Shown here: positions 19,877-29,210 of the stretch, one piece after another | How the letters are laid out: the number at the start of each line of letters is the position of its first letter | Numbering within the stretch: position 1 is the stretch's first letter | Made by a program: the position numbers and the translations under genes | Assembly (NCBI GenBank): GCA_031272185.1 | Contig: JAISUG010000058.1 | Span: 8,203-72,202 of the forward strand | DNA: 64,000 bases | Direction of reading: 5' to 3' | From: Lachnospiraceae bacterium | GTDB lineage: Bacteria; Bacillota; Clostridia; Lachnospirales; Lachnospiraceae | The notes under the pieces: model-generated | What the model was told of the DNA's origin: nothing | Seen by the model: the letters and a program-made list of their open reading frames with translations, nothing else | The model's database searches: none

Positions 19877-21970
19877 ATGATGTTTGAGTATCCCATCGAC
19901 GGGGAGACGCTCCTGCGCAAGTACAGATCCATCCGGCGGGAACTTATGGGGGGATGCCAAGGGGACTGGCTGGACAAGCGCATCGCCATCCTGGGGGGCT
20001 CCACCACTGCGGAAGTGCGCAAGATGCTGGAACTGTTTTTGCTCTACCATGGGATCAGGCCTGTGTTTTATGAGTCGGAGTATGGGGCATACTGGCGGGA
20101 TGCCATGTTTGGCAATGATGCCCTGGCGGCATTTGCGCCGGACGTGATCTACATCCACACCACGGTGCGCGACATCGAACGCTTCCCGGAGGTGGGGGCT
20201 GCCGGCGGCGCAGGTGGGGCCGGCGAACCGACCCCGGGAAAGGGAGGACTCTTGGCCGGGGAAGCGCACCCCGATGGGGCGGGCACTGCCGAAGTGGCAG
20301 ATGCTTCGAAGTGCCCGGGTGGCGCCGTGGCAGACGTTTCGAAGTGCTCGGGTGGCACCGGGGCAGGCGCAGCATCTGCCGAGGATGCCCTCCTGGCGCA
20401 GGAGTTCGGGCGTTTTCGCGGCATGTGGGAAAAGCTGGCTGCGGATTACCATTGCCCCATCATACAGAACAACTTCGAGTACCCGGACGTGCGCCTGCTG
20501 GGCAATGCAGACGCATACATGCAGGGCGGGCGTGTGCGTTTCGTCTCCCGTCTGAACCTGATGTTCGCTGACTATGCGGCTACCCACGGCGGCCTGTATA
20601 TCAACGACATCAACTGGCTGTCGGCAGACTATGGGCTGGGGCGGTGGGCGGACCCGTTTTACTGGCATATGTACAAATACGCCATGGCCCTGCCGGCGAT
20701 CCCACACCTGGCGCAGAGTGTGGCCCGTATCGTCAAGTCCCTTTACGGAAAGAACAAAAAGGTGCTGGCGCTGGATCTGGACAATACCCTCTGGGGCGGC
20801 GTGGTGGGCGACGACGGGCCCGAAAACCTGGAGATGGGGCAGGAGACCTCCGCCGGGCAGGCTTTCGCCGCAATGCAGTCATACGTGAAGGCGCACCCAA
20901 AGCTCGGGGTGGTGCTGGGTGTCATTTCCAAAAACGACGAAGAAAACGCCCTCGCCGGGCTGCGCCGCCCGGACAGCGCGCTGGCGCCGGAAGACTTCGC
21001 ATCCATCAAGGCGAACTGGCAGCCGAAAAGCCAAAATCTGGTAGAGATGGCGGATGAGCTGGGGCTTTTGCCGGATAGTTTCGTGTTCGTGGACGACAAC
21101 CCCGCGGAGCGGGAGATCGTCAGGCGCCAGGTCCCGGGCGCGGCCGTGCCGGACATGGGGCAGCCGGAGCTCTACATCAGGGCGCTGGACCGCAATGGGT
21201 ATTTTGAGGTGACGGGGCTGTCGGCGGACGACCTGGCCCGGGGGGATATGTACCGGGAAAATGCCCGGCGCAAACAGGCCGAGACGGCATTTGCCGATTA
21301 CCATGCGTATTTGGAGTCGCTGGAAATGGCGGCGGAGATCGCACCGTTTGCGCCCATGTACATGTCCCGCATCGCACAGCTCACCAACAAAAGCAACCAG
21401 TTCAACCTGACCACCAGGCGGTATTCCCAGGAAGAGATCGAGGCCATGGCCGGGGACGGCAGGTATATCACCCTGTACGGGAAGCTGACGGACAGGTTCG
21501 GCGACAATGGGGTGGTGAGCGTGGTGGCGGGGGAGGTAGTTGGGGAAACCCTGCATATCCGTCTCTGGCTCATGTCCTGCCGGGTATTGAAGCGAAGCAT
21601 GGAACACGCCATGATGGACGAGCTGGTGCGGCGGGCGCAGGCACGGGGCGTCACGAGGATCGCGGGGTATTATTACCCGACCGCAAAAAACGGGATGGTG
21701 CGGGATTTCTACGGGGGGATGGGGTTTGAGAGGGTTTCGGGCGGTGCAACGGATGCCCTGGCGGATGGAGAAGCTGCCGGTGGTGCGGGTGGAGTATCGG
21801 GGCAGGCCGAAAGCGCGTCAGGGCAGGCCGAAAGCGCGTCAGGGCAGCCCGAAAATGCCGGAGGGACGGTCTGGGAGCTGGACATCGGGCGTGGGTATGA
21901 AGTGAAACAGGATGTGATAAAGATAGTGTGTGGCGGAAAGCCTGTGACGGATGAGGCCGGTGGCTCATAA
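19877..21970 (+). CDS. FkbH-like protein (HAD-IIIC phosphatase/acyl-loading domain plus GNAT-like C-terminal domain)
   Basis: HAD motif I LALDLDNTLWGG, ISKNDEENA, FVDDNPAERE, NQFNLTTRRY and a C-terminal LWLMSCRVLKRSME...YYYPTAKNGMVRDFY. RBS GAGGGGGG. Gly/Ala-rich insertions at about 20190-20400 and 21740-21870. Confidence 0.8.
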   Translation: MMFEYPIDGETLLRKYRSIRRELMGGCQGDWLDKRIAILGGSTTAEVRKMLELFLLYHGIRPVFYESEYGAYWRDAMFGNDALAAFAPDVIYIHTTVRDIERFPEVGAAGGAGGAGEPTPGKGGLLAGEAHPDGAGTAEVADASKCPGGAVADVSKCSGGTGAGAASAEDALLAQEFGRFRGMWEKLAADYHCPIIQNNFEYPDVRLLGNADAYMQGGRVRFVSRLNLMFADYAATHGGLYINDINWLSADYGLGRWADPFYWHMYKYAMALPAIPHLAQSVARIVKSLYGKNKKVLALDLDNTLWGGVVGDDGPENLEMGQETSAGQAFAAMQSYVKAHPKLGVVLGVISKNDEENALAGLRRPDSALAPEDFASIKANWQPKSQNLVEMADELGLLPDSFVFVDDNPAEREIVRRQVPGAAVPDMGQPELYIRALDRNGYFEVTGLSADDLARGDMYRENARRKQAETAFADYHAYLESLEMAAEIAPFAPMYMSRIAQLTNKSNQFNLTTRRYSQEEIEAMAGDGRYITLYGKLTDRFGDNGVVSVVAGEVVGETLHIRLWLMSCRVLKRSMEHAMMDELVRRAQARGVTRIAGYYYPTAKNGMVRDFYGGMGFERVSGGATDALADGEAAGGAGGVSGQAESASGQAESASGQPENAGGTVWELDIGRGYEVKQDVIKIVCGGKPVTDEAGGS

Positions 21971-22053
21971 TCAACTGGGTTTGGGGATTGATCTGCGAAC
22001 ACGAAAAGGCAATTGGTGTGAATAAACACGCAGAGTCTGGGATAGGTGTATGT

Positions 22054-22302
22054 ATGACGAAAGAAGCGGTTTACGAAGTGCTGCATGAAGTGTTCCGGGA
22101 TGTGTTTGACGACGAAAGCATAGTCCTCAAGGACCAAACCACGGCGGCGGATATCGATGGCTGGGATTCCCTGGAGCATGTGGGGCTGGTGCTGGCCATC
22201 GAGGAGGCTTTCGGGATGAAGTTCACCATGTCGGAAGTGCGGCACATGGAAAATGTGGGCGAGATGGTGGCCGTCCTCATGGAGCGGGGGCAGCTGCGGT
22301 AG
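22054..22302 (+). CDS. acyl carrier protein (DltC-like)
   Basis: 83 aa with the phosphopantetheine-attachment motif DIDGWDSLEHV. Lies immediately downstream of the FkbH-like gene. Confidence 0.8.
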   Translation: MTKEAVYEVLHEVFRDVFDDESIVLKDQTTAADIDGWDSLEHVGLVLAIEEAFGMKFTMSEVRHMENVGEMVAVLMERGQLR

Positions 22303-22387
22303 TGGTTATCAGGCGTATTGCAGGGGATCCGGCTGTTTGGCGGTCAGTCCGATATCATGGTTCGGCCATCGGGTTGGGGGTGGTGTT

Positions 22388-24664
22388 TTGTCAATAATTT
22401 CCTTGCCGTTCTTTGTTTTCGTGGCTGTGGTGTTGCTCCTATACTATATCGTGCCCATGAGGGTTCGCTGGTGCGTGCTGCTGGCGGCCAGCGCGGTTTT
22501 TTTCGTGTTGAATTCCATGTCGGCCGGAGCGGGCGCAGCAGCCGGAGCGGGCGCAGCAGCCGGGGCGGGTGCGGCAGCCGGGGCGGGCGGGATAGCCGGG
22601 GCAGGTGCGGCAGCCGTAGCAAGCGGGATAGCCGGGATAGCCTGGCAGCTGCCGCTCATTTTCCTGTGCCAGGTGGCGTTGGCCTATGTGGGGGGCCTGG
22701 CGGCAGGGGATGCAGGTTTGCCCGCCGGGGGCTTGGCGGCAGCAAGTCCGTCCGGACAGGTACAGCCAGGAGGAAATGACGTACCGCAGAGGGCAGGTGG
22801 GGGCGGTGTGGACGCCTCGCACGTGTCGGCAAGGTGGGGCGGAAGAAACAAGCATCTTATCGTCACGGCAGTTATCTTGCTGGAAATCGCAGCGCTTATC
22901 ATATGGAAAGAGAACTCCTTTTTCACCATCAACGCAAGGCTGGTGCGGGGGATGCTGGGGTTGTCCGCAGACGCCGCGTACTGGGGGTGGCTGGCACCCA
23001 TCGGCATGTCTTACTATACCCTGATGCTCGTGGGGTATGTGGCGGACGTAGCCTGGGGGGAGGGCAAGCCCCAGGAAAACTTCCTGAAACTCATGCTGTT
23101 TGCGGGGTATTTCCCCCAGATGGTGTCCGGACCGTTCACCAGGTACGCCGAAATCAGCCCGCAGCTGTATGGGGGGCATCGGTTCGACGGCAGGGAATTT
23201 TGCTTCGGCGTCCAGCGGTTTTTCTGGGGCCTTTTCAAGAAGCTGGTGCTGGCGGAGCGCCTGGCCGTGGTAGTGGCGGCGGTGTATGATGGAGGTGCCT
23301 GGGCGGGTGCGGCATCAGGCTCCGGGGCCGCTGTAGGTGCAGGCACAGGGGCCGCTGTAGGTGCAGGGGCACTGGCAGCGATGAGGTTGGGTGCCGTCAC
23401 CGTCTACGGGGCAGGAACTGCCGGGGCGGGTACAGCCGCCGCCGCAGGAGTTGCCGCTTTGGCAGGCGCCGGTGGGGGGTATGCCACGGGGGCGGCGGTC
23501 CTGGTGGGGTTTGCGGCCTATGCGCTGCAGCTGTATACGGATTTCGGCGGCTGCATGGACATGCTCATCGGCATCTCCCAGATGTTCGGCATACGCCTGC
23601 CCGAAAACTTCCGCACACCTTTTGCGTCCACCAGCCTGTCCGAGTTTTGGCGCCGCTGGCACATCACCCTGGGGCTGTGGCTCAAGGACTATGTGCTTTT
23701 CCCGTTCCAGCGGTCGCGTTTTGCGGGATGGGTGCGGGCGCGCATTTCCCATCGGGTGGGGCTGCGGTTGTTGAAGGCTTCCCAAGCCCGGCCCGGAAAC
23801 TACTTAAGTGCAACTTTCGTAAATGGTACTCAGAATGAACCGGGTCAGCCTACAGATGCCGCCCGAAAGCAATTGGAGAGGATGGCGCACAGGCAAGGCG
23901 AGAAAGCGGGGAACCGCATCGTCACTTACTTGGGGCTGTCCCTCCTCTGGTTTTCCATCGGGTTCTGGCACGGCGGTTCGTACAAATTCATCTTCTGGGG
24001 GCTGCTCACATTCGTCTTCATCGCTGGGGGGATGTTGCTGGATCCCGTTTTTCGGAAGATGGCGCAGGTGCTTCATGTAAGCACCACGTCCCGCGGGTTC
24101 CGGCTGTTTTCGAAGGTGCGGACGGCGGCGCTGTTCATCGTCAGCCTGAGCTTCCAGAGGGCACAGAGCCTGCCGGAAGGCTTGCGTATGTGGGGGCGGG
24201 TGTTCGGGGCAGGGGCAGGTGGGGCAAACGTGGCAAACCCTATCGGAACAAAGCTAACCGGTGCGGCGGCAGCTGTCGTGACTGCCGGGTTGCAGGGAGC
24301 TATGCCGGCCACACAGACTGCGGCAGGGGTGGTGATGCAGGGCGTAGGCGGTTTAGGGAATGCGCTTTGGCAGCGAACGTCTAACATGGATATAGCGGTT
24401 GGGATGCAGGGCGTAGGCAGTGTAGGGAATGCCTTGGCCGGGTTCGGCCTGGAGGGCAAAGACCTGTTGGTGCTGGTGTGCGGCCTGGCGGTGCTGTTCA
24501 TAGTATCCCATGTCCAGTCGCATGGTTCCGTCCGGGAAGCCATCTCACGCAAGCCCTGGCCCCTGCGTGGCCTACTCTGGGCAGCCCTGGTGGTGGCCGT
24601 GGTGGTCTTCGGGATGTACGGGCGGGGATATGACCCCGGTTCTTTCATTTACGGGGGGTATTGA
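22388..24664 (+). CDS. MBOAT-family membrane O-acyltransferase (DltB/AlgI-like)
   Basis: MBOAT histidine motif SEFWRRWHITLGLWLKDYV and many TM helices. The start is uncertain. TTG at 22388, after GGGGGTGG, gives a typical SIISLPFFVF N-terminus. The ATG at 22253 would add 45 W/C-rich residues and overlap the ACP gene. Three Ala/Gly-rich insertions. Confidence 0.8.
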   Translation: MSIISLPFFVFVAVVLLLYYIVPMRVRWCVLLAASAVFFVLNSMSAGAGAAAGAGAAAGAGAAAGAGGIAGAGAAAVASGIAGIAWQLPLIFLCQVALAYVGGLAAGDAGLPAGGLAAASPSGQVQPGGNDVPQRAGGGGVDASHVSARWGGRNKHLIVTAVILLEIAALIIWKENSFFTINARLVRGMLGLSADAAYWGWLAPIGMSYYTLMLVGYVADVAWGEGKPQENFLKLMLFAGYFPQMVSGPFTRYAEISPQLYGGHRFDGREFCFGVQRFFWGLFKKLVLAERLAVVVAAVYDGGAWAGAASGSGAAVGAGTGAAVGAGALAAMRLGAVTVYGAGTAGAGTAAAAGVAALAGAGGGYATGAAVLVGFAAYALQLYTDFGGCMDMLIGISQMFGIRLPENFRTPFASTSLSEFWRRWHITLGLWLKDYVLFPFQRSRFAGWVRARISHRVGLRLLKASQARPGNYLSATFVNGTQNEPGQPTDAARKQLERMAHRQGEKAGNRIVTYLGLSLLWFSIGFWHGGSYKFIFWGLLTFVFIAGGMLLDPVFRKMAQVLHVSTTSRGFRLFSKVRTAALFIVSLSFQRAQSLPEGLRMWGRVFGAGAGGANVANPIGTKLTGAAAAVVTAGLQGAMPATQTAAGVVMQGVGGLGNALWQRTSNMDIAVGMQGVGSVGNALAGFGLEGKDLLVLVCGLAVLFIVSHVQSHGSVREAISRKPWPLRGLLWAALVVAVVVFGMYGRGYDPGSFIYGGY

Positions 24665-24860
24665 AGCTGGGGAGGAGTGAAAATTATCGTGTCAATAATT
24701 TTTGAAAATGTCACCCCGCTGCATTCTACCATGGGGGGGGCGACATTTTCGCAGGTGAATTTACATACTGACATTATCACAGGTTAACAACATTGCCCAA
24801 TGCAACCCTTGCTATTTAGACGCAAAACCGCATGCAACGAGTTGAGCGAACGCTGGAGAT

Positions 24861-24986
24861 AATTCTCCAAATCTGACATGAAACAGGAGATTTGGTGAAT
24901 TATATTTTAGAAAATGATGAAAAATGTGGGCGATCTGCAATCATACTTCTCCAAATCTATCGAAATTTACGAGATTTGGAGAAGTA
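24861..24986. other. two related hairpins sharing the arm TTCTCCAAATCT
   Basis: AATTCTCCAAATCT-N12-AGATTTGGTGAATT (24861-24900) and a perfect ACTTCTCCAAATCT-N13-AGATTTGGAGAAGT (24946-24986), upstream of the ATPase gene. Confidence 0.7.
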
Positions 24987-25062
24987 TCCTTGCAATTTCA
25001 AGCAAGATCTGATAGAATACGCTATAGTGGTGGCTGATTCTGAGAGGGTTAGGGATGGCGTT

Positions 25063-26472
25063 ATGGGGATTGTCGCAAGGGATTTGGAGATAAAGTCGCT
25101 TAGAGAGTGGCTGGGGTCTGACCAATCGGAGTTTGTCGCGGTTTATGGACGACGCCGCATAGGGAAAACGTTCCTGGTGCGGGAGGTGCTGTCAGATCGG
25201 TTTGCTTTTTATGTGACCGGGCAGGAAAGTGGGGGCCGCAAGGAGCAACTGGCAGTGTTCAACCGCGCCCTCAATATATCTGCCACGGATTCCTCGGTCT
25301 TTGCGCAGAAAGATTCTTGGCTGGAAACGTTCTGGCAACTGGAAGACCTGATCCGCAACCATACGGACACTAGGAAGAAAGTGATTTTTATTGATGAGAT
25401 GCCGTGGCTGGATACACCTAAATCCGGGTTTATGTCGGGGCTGGAGTATTTTTGGAACTCCTTTGCAAGTGCCCGAAAGGACGTCATGCTCATTGCATGC
25501 GGCAGTTCTTCCTCGTGGTTGATCGAGAACCTGTTTGAAAACACCGGCGGGTTGTTCAACCGCATCACACAGCAGCTGAAACTCCCGCCTTTCACGCTGT
25601 CGGAGTGCGAACAATTATTCAAACACTATGATATTCGGATGACGCGATACCAGATCATACAAAGTTATATGATATTCGGCGGAATCCCCCACTACATGTC
25701 CCGATTTAGAAAAGAATACTCCTTGGCGCAGAATGTCGATGCGCTCTGTTTCGCAAATGATGCACCGATGAAAAATGAATACAAACGGCTGCTGTCCACG
25801 CTCTTTCGTAATGATGCGCACTACGACAAGCTCCTGCACACATTTGCGGCCCACCCCGGAGGGCGCAGCCGGGATGACCTGACGAAAGCCACCGGATTGT
25901 CAGGGGGACAATTGACAGGCGCACTCGAAAAACTAGAGGAGTGTGATTTCATCCGCCGGTATCACCCGTTCGGGAAAAAGAAAAAAGACACACTGTGGCA
26001 GCTCATGGATCCGTTCGTGCTGTTCCACCACCGGTTCATACGCGACGGCACCGGGCGAGACGCGAATTATTGGACAAGGAATGTCCAGTCCAGCCTCTTG
26101 CTCCCATGGAGCGGGTTTGCGTTTGAACGGGTTTGCCTGTGGCACAGCAGCCAGATCCGTGATGCCCTCGGGCTGGGCGGCGTATCGATCGATGTCTGTG
26201 CTTGGCGAGGGGATGGCGCACAGGTCGACCTCATCCTCGACCGCAGCGACATGACAGTGAACCTGATCGAAATCAAGTTTTCGATAAGCCCCTATCGCAT
26301 CACGGGGGCGTATATGGAAAAACTCCGAACCCGGCTGACCTTGTTTGTGGAGCAGACCGGTACGAGGAAAGCCTTGCACACTACGCTTCTGACGACATTC
26401 GGCCTCGCGGCAAACGAATATTCAGGCGAAATCCAGTCGTCGCTGACGCTGGAAGACCTGTTCAGGCACTGA
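25063..26472 (+). CDS. AAA-family ATPase with C-terminal DUF234/PD-(D/E)xK-like domain
   Basis: Walker A YGRRRIGKT, Walker B VIFIDEMPW and a C-terminal VDLILDRSDMTVNLIEIKF (D...ExK pattern). ATG at 25063 follows AGGGA. Codon usage is visibly less GC-biased than in neighbouring genes. Confidence 0.75.
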   Translation: MGIVARDLEIKSLREWLGSDQSEFVAVYGRRRIGKTFLVREVLSDRFAFYVTGQESGGRKEQLAVFNRALNISATDSSVFAQKDSWLETFWQLEDLIRNHTDTRKKVIFIDEMPWLDTPKSGFMSGLEYFWNSFASARKDVMLIACGSSSSWLIENLFENTGGLFNRITQQLKLPPFTLSECEQLFKHYDIRMTRYQIIQSYMIFGGIPHYMSRFRKEYSLAQNVDALCFANDAPMKNEYKRLLSTLFRNDAHYDKLLHTFAAHPGGRSRDDLTKATGLSGGQLTGALEKLEECDFIRRYHPFGKKKKDTLWQLMDPFVLFHHRFIRDGTGRDANYWTRNVQSSLLLPWSGFAFERVCLWHSSQIRDALGLGGVSIDVCAWRGDGAQVDLILDRSDMTVNLIEIKFSISPYRITGAYMEKLRTRLTLFVEQTGTRKALHTTLLTTFGLAANEYSGEIQSSLTLEDLFRH

Positions 26473-26572
26473 TACATCTATGCGGGTTGATACAACTTCG
26501 GAGGCTGATACATCTTTGGGGGCTGATACATCTTCGGGGGCCGATACATCTTCAGGGGCGGATATGGCTGGC
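26466..26572. repeat. 18-nt tandem repeat, about 5.5 copies (GGCTGATACATCTTCGGG)
   Basis: The first copy (GCACTGATACATCT) contains the TGA stop of the ATPase gene. TGATACA recurs at 26470, 26488, 26506 and 26524. Confidence 0.9.
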
Positions 26573-26655
26573 GTTGGTTGTGTTGCATATATTTGGCTTG
26601 GAAACTCAGCGATGCAAGTAGTTTTTCACATGCACTGATTGCGAGGTAAAGCACC

Positions 26656-28053
26656 ATGGGATTTATGGACAAAGACTTCCTGCTGACCACCGACTCGGCG
26701 AAACACCTGTTCCACACCTACGCCGAAAACCTGCCGGTCATCGACTACCACTGTCATATCGACCCCGCGCAAATCCTGGAAAACCACGAGTTTTCCGACA
26801 TCACGGAGGCATGGCTCGGCGCCGACCACTACAAATGGCGGTTGATGCGCGTCTGCGGCGCGGATGAAAAATACGTCACGGGGGACGCCTCGGCGCGGGA
26901 GAAGTTCCGCGAGTTCTGCCGTTTGCTGCCACTGGCGCCGGGGCACCCTGTCTACCACTGGTGCCACTTGGAGCTGCGGCGGTATTTTGGCTGCGAACTC
27001 ATCATCGGAGAAAAGACGGCTGACGAGATTTTTGACATTTGCGGCGAGAAACTCAAAAGCCTGCGTGTCCGGGACATCATCAAAGAGTCGAACGTCAAGG
27101 CCATCTGCACGACCGACGACCCGGCGGACGAACTTTCCAGCCACACTGCGCTGAAAGCCGACACGTCTTTTGGCACAGTCGTCCTCCCGGCGTTCCGCCC
27201 GGACAAATCCATAAACCTGCACAAGGGCGACTACCCGGAGTACCTTCAGAAGCTTGGATTGGCCGCGAACATACGGATCGCGACACTGGACGATTTGCTT
27301 GCGGCGCTTGAAAACCGCATCGACTATTTCGATGCCCACGGCTGCAGGGCCTCCGACCACGGGTTGGACTGCGTGAACGGCGAGATCCCGACCCAAAAAG
27401 AGGCAAGCGCCATTTTCGCAAAAGCCCTCTCTGGGGGCATCAGCCAGTCCGAACAGGATGCGTTCGCCAGCTTTATGCTGTGCTTCCTTGGCCGGGAATA
27501 TGCAAAGCGCGGCTGGGCCATGGAGATACACGTCGGCGCGGAACGCAACGTAAACGCAAAAATGTTTTCGCGCTTGGGCCCCGACACCGGGTTCGACGCC
27601 GTGCGGGACGGGCACAGTCTCAAAACCCTGCACAAAGTCCTGGACCAACTCGACCGGGAGTCCCTGCTGCCTAAAACGCTTGTGTTTTCGCTGAACCATA
27701 ACGACAACCTGACCATCACGACACTGACAAGCTGTTTCTCCCAAGGCGGCGTGCCGGGGAAAGTCCAACCGGGGGCGGCCTGGTGGTTCAACGACAGCAT
27801 TTTGGGCATGAGGGAGCATATGGAGCGCATGGCGAGCGTGCAGGCGCTGGGCAACTTCGTCGGTATGCTGACAGACTCGCGCAGCTTCCTTTCATATCCG
27901 CGGCACGAGTATTTCAGGCGCATTCTCTGCGGATACCTGGGGGATTTGGTCGAGGGCGGGCTCTACCCCGAAGATTATGAGACCCTTGGCAGAATAGTCC
28001 AAAACATTTCGTATTACAATGCGGCGAAGTTTATAGGATTTGATTTGAAATAA
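26656..28053 (+). CDS. uxaC: glucuronate (uronate) isomerase
   Basis: FLLTTDSAKHLFH...PVIDYHCHIDP...HYKWRLMR and C-terminal WWFND...TDSRSFLSY, typical UxaC. GAGG RBS. Confidence 0.92.
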   Translation: MGFMDKDFLLTTDSAKHLFHTYAENLPVIDYHCHIDPAQILENHEFSDITEAWLGADHYKWRLMRVCGADEKYVTGDASAREKFREFCRLLPLAPGHPVYHWCHLELRRYFGCELIIGEKTADEIFDICGEKLKSLRVRDIIKESNVKAICTTDDPADELSSHTALKADTSFGTVVLPAFRPDKSINLHKGDYPEYLQKLGLAANIRIATLDDLLAALENRIDYFDAHGCRASDHGLDCVNGEIPTQKEASAIFAKALSGGISQSEQDAFASFMLCFLGREYAKRGWAMEIHVGAERNVNAKMFSRLGPDTGFDAVRDGHSLKTLHKVLDQLDRESLLPKTLVFSLNHNDNLTITTLTSCFSQGGVPGKVQPGAAWWFNDSILGMREHMERMASVQALGNFVGMLTDSRSFLSYPRHEYFRRILCGYLGDLVEGGLYPEDYETLGRIVQNISYYNAAKFIGFDLK

Positions 28054-28234
28054 CGTTCCCCCGGCTAAACCTTGCGCAAAGTTGAGACTAATGTCGAACG
28101 CACATCGTTTGGTTGGCGGAGCAATAACGTCGCAAGCGGCCCTTCCGTAGAATCTGCGGGGGGCCGCTCTTAATGACACAGTGATGTGCAACTTCGTAAA
28201 ATCCAGCGATTTCAGCAAGGGGGCCGCCTGCCTG

Positions 28235-29188
28235 TCACTCCAGCACGGCGATGTATTCCACGGAGTCCACTCTCGCATCTTTGTCGAAGTGGAAGGTCAG
28301 CTTGGTCTTGCCCAGCGCATAGGTGATGAAGCCGGCCGCTTCCTGGGTGGCGTCCTTGGCCACCGGGGTGAGGGCGGTGCTGGCACCTTCGGTGCTGGCA
28401 CCTTCGGTGATGGCACCTTCGGTGCCGGCGGAGGTGACTCCGAGGACGGCGCCGGAGCCGGTGGACGCCGCCGCACCGGCCTGTCCGGCGGGGATGGACA
28501 CGGATTTGATGCCACCATCATAGGCGGCCACCACCTCGGCTTTCGTGGAGCCGATATGGATGCCCTCCTCCGTGTAGACGGTGCCGTCCAGGAAATAGAT
28601 GTCCTGGATGAAGTCTTTGCCGCCCAGGGGGTATGTTATGAGCTCAAAGGCCGCATAAGTGTATGTCTTGTCGATGCCCTGGTATGCGCAGCTTGGCGCC
28701 TCAAAATAGCCCGCTGGCTGACCCAGGCCCTCAATGACGGGGATGGCCTCGCCGTGGGGGGCGATGCGCACACGTGGGGCGTTCGGGTCTATGGGTGCGG
28801 CGGATGCCGCATTCGCCCCGGCCAGGGGGCCTGCGGCGGCGCTTGACGTGACTGCGGATCCGGCGGCTTTCGGGGCGGCGGACGATACGCCGGTTGGGGC
28901 GCTCGCCGCCGGGTCAGGGAGATAGAACGTGAAAGCGAACTCCGTGGCGGGGACGGTGATGGTGTCTGGGGCTGCCCCTGTGCCAGCGGCTGCCTCTGTG
29001 CCGGAAGCGGTATCGGTTTCCGAAGCAGACAGCTCCACGCTGTTATAGCTGGCGCCTGCGGGGGGGACATAGGCAGTCACCTTGCGGGTGGCGCCCAGGG
29101 TGGCCATAGGCCATGCCAGGGCTGAAGTCAGGGCTGCCGCAACCGCCCATCCAAAGAATCTCTTCCAAGTGCTGTGGGTGCGTTTCAT
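28235..29188 (-). CDS. secreted hypothetical protein with Ala/Ser/Thr/Gly-rich tracts
   Basis: Signal peptide (MKRTHSTWKRFFGWAVAAALTSALA) and RBS GAAAGGGGA. No family recognised. Confidence 0.6.
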   Translation of the reverse strand: MKRTHSTWKRFFGWAVAAALTSALAWPMATLGATRKVTAYVPPAGASYNSVELSASETDTASGTEAAAGTGAAPDTITVPATEFAFTFYLPDPAASAPTGVSSAAPKAAGSAVTSSAAAGPLAGANAASAAPIDPNAPRVRIAPHGEAIPVIEGLGQPAGYFEAPSCAYQGIDKTYTYAAFELITYPLGGKDFIQDIYFLDGTVYTEEGIHIGSTKAEVVAAYDGGIKSVSIPAGQAGAAASTGSGAVLGVTSAGTEGAITEGASTEGASTALTPVAKDATQEAAGFITYALGKTKLTFHFDKDARVDSVEYIAVLE

Positions 29189-29210
29189 AAGTGTTCCCCT
29201 TTCATATGCT

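Noticed and set aside
22253-22387. ATG at 22253 as the MBOAT start (overlapping the ACP gene by 50 nt)
   Set aside because: The added 45 residues are Trp/Cys/Gly-rich and unlike MBOAT N-termini. A TTG at 22388 after GGGGGTGG gives the typical hydrophobic start. The choice remains uncertain, and only the 3' end is firm.
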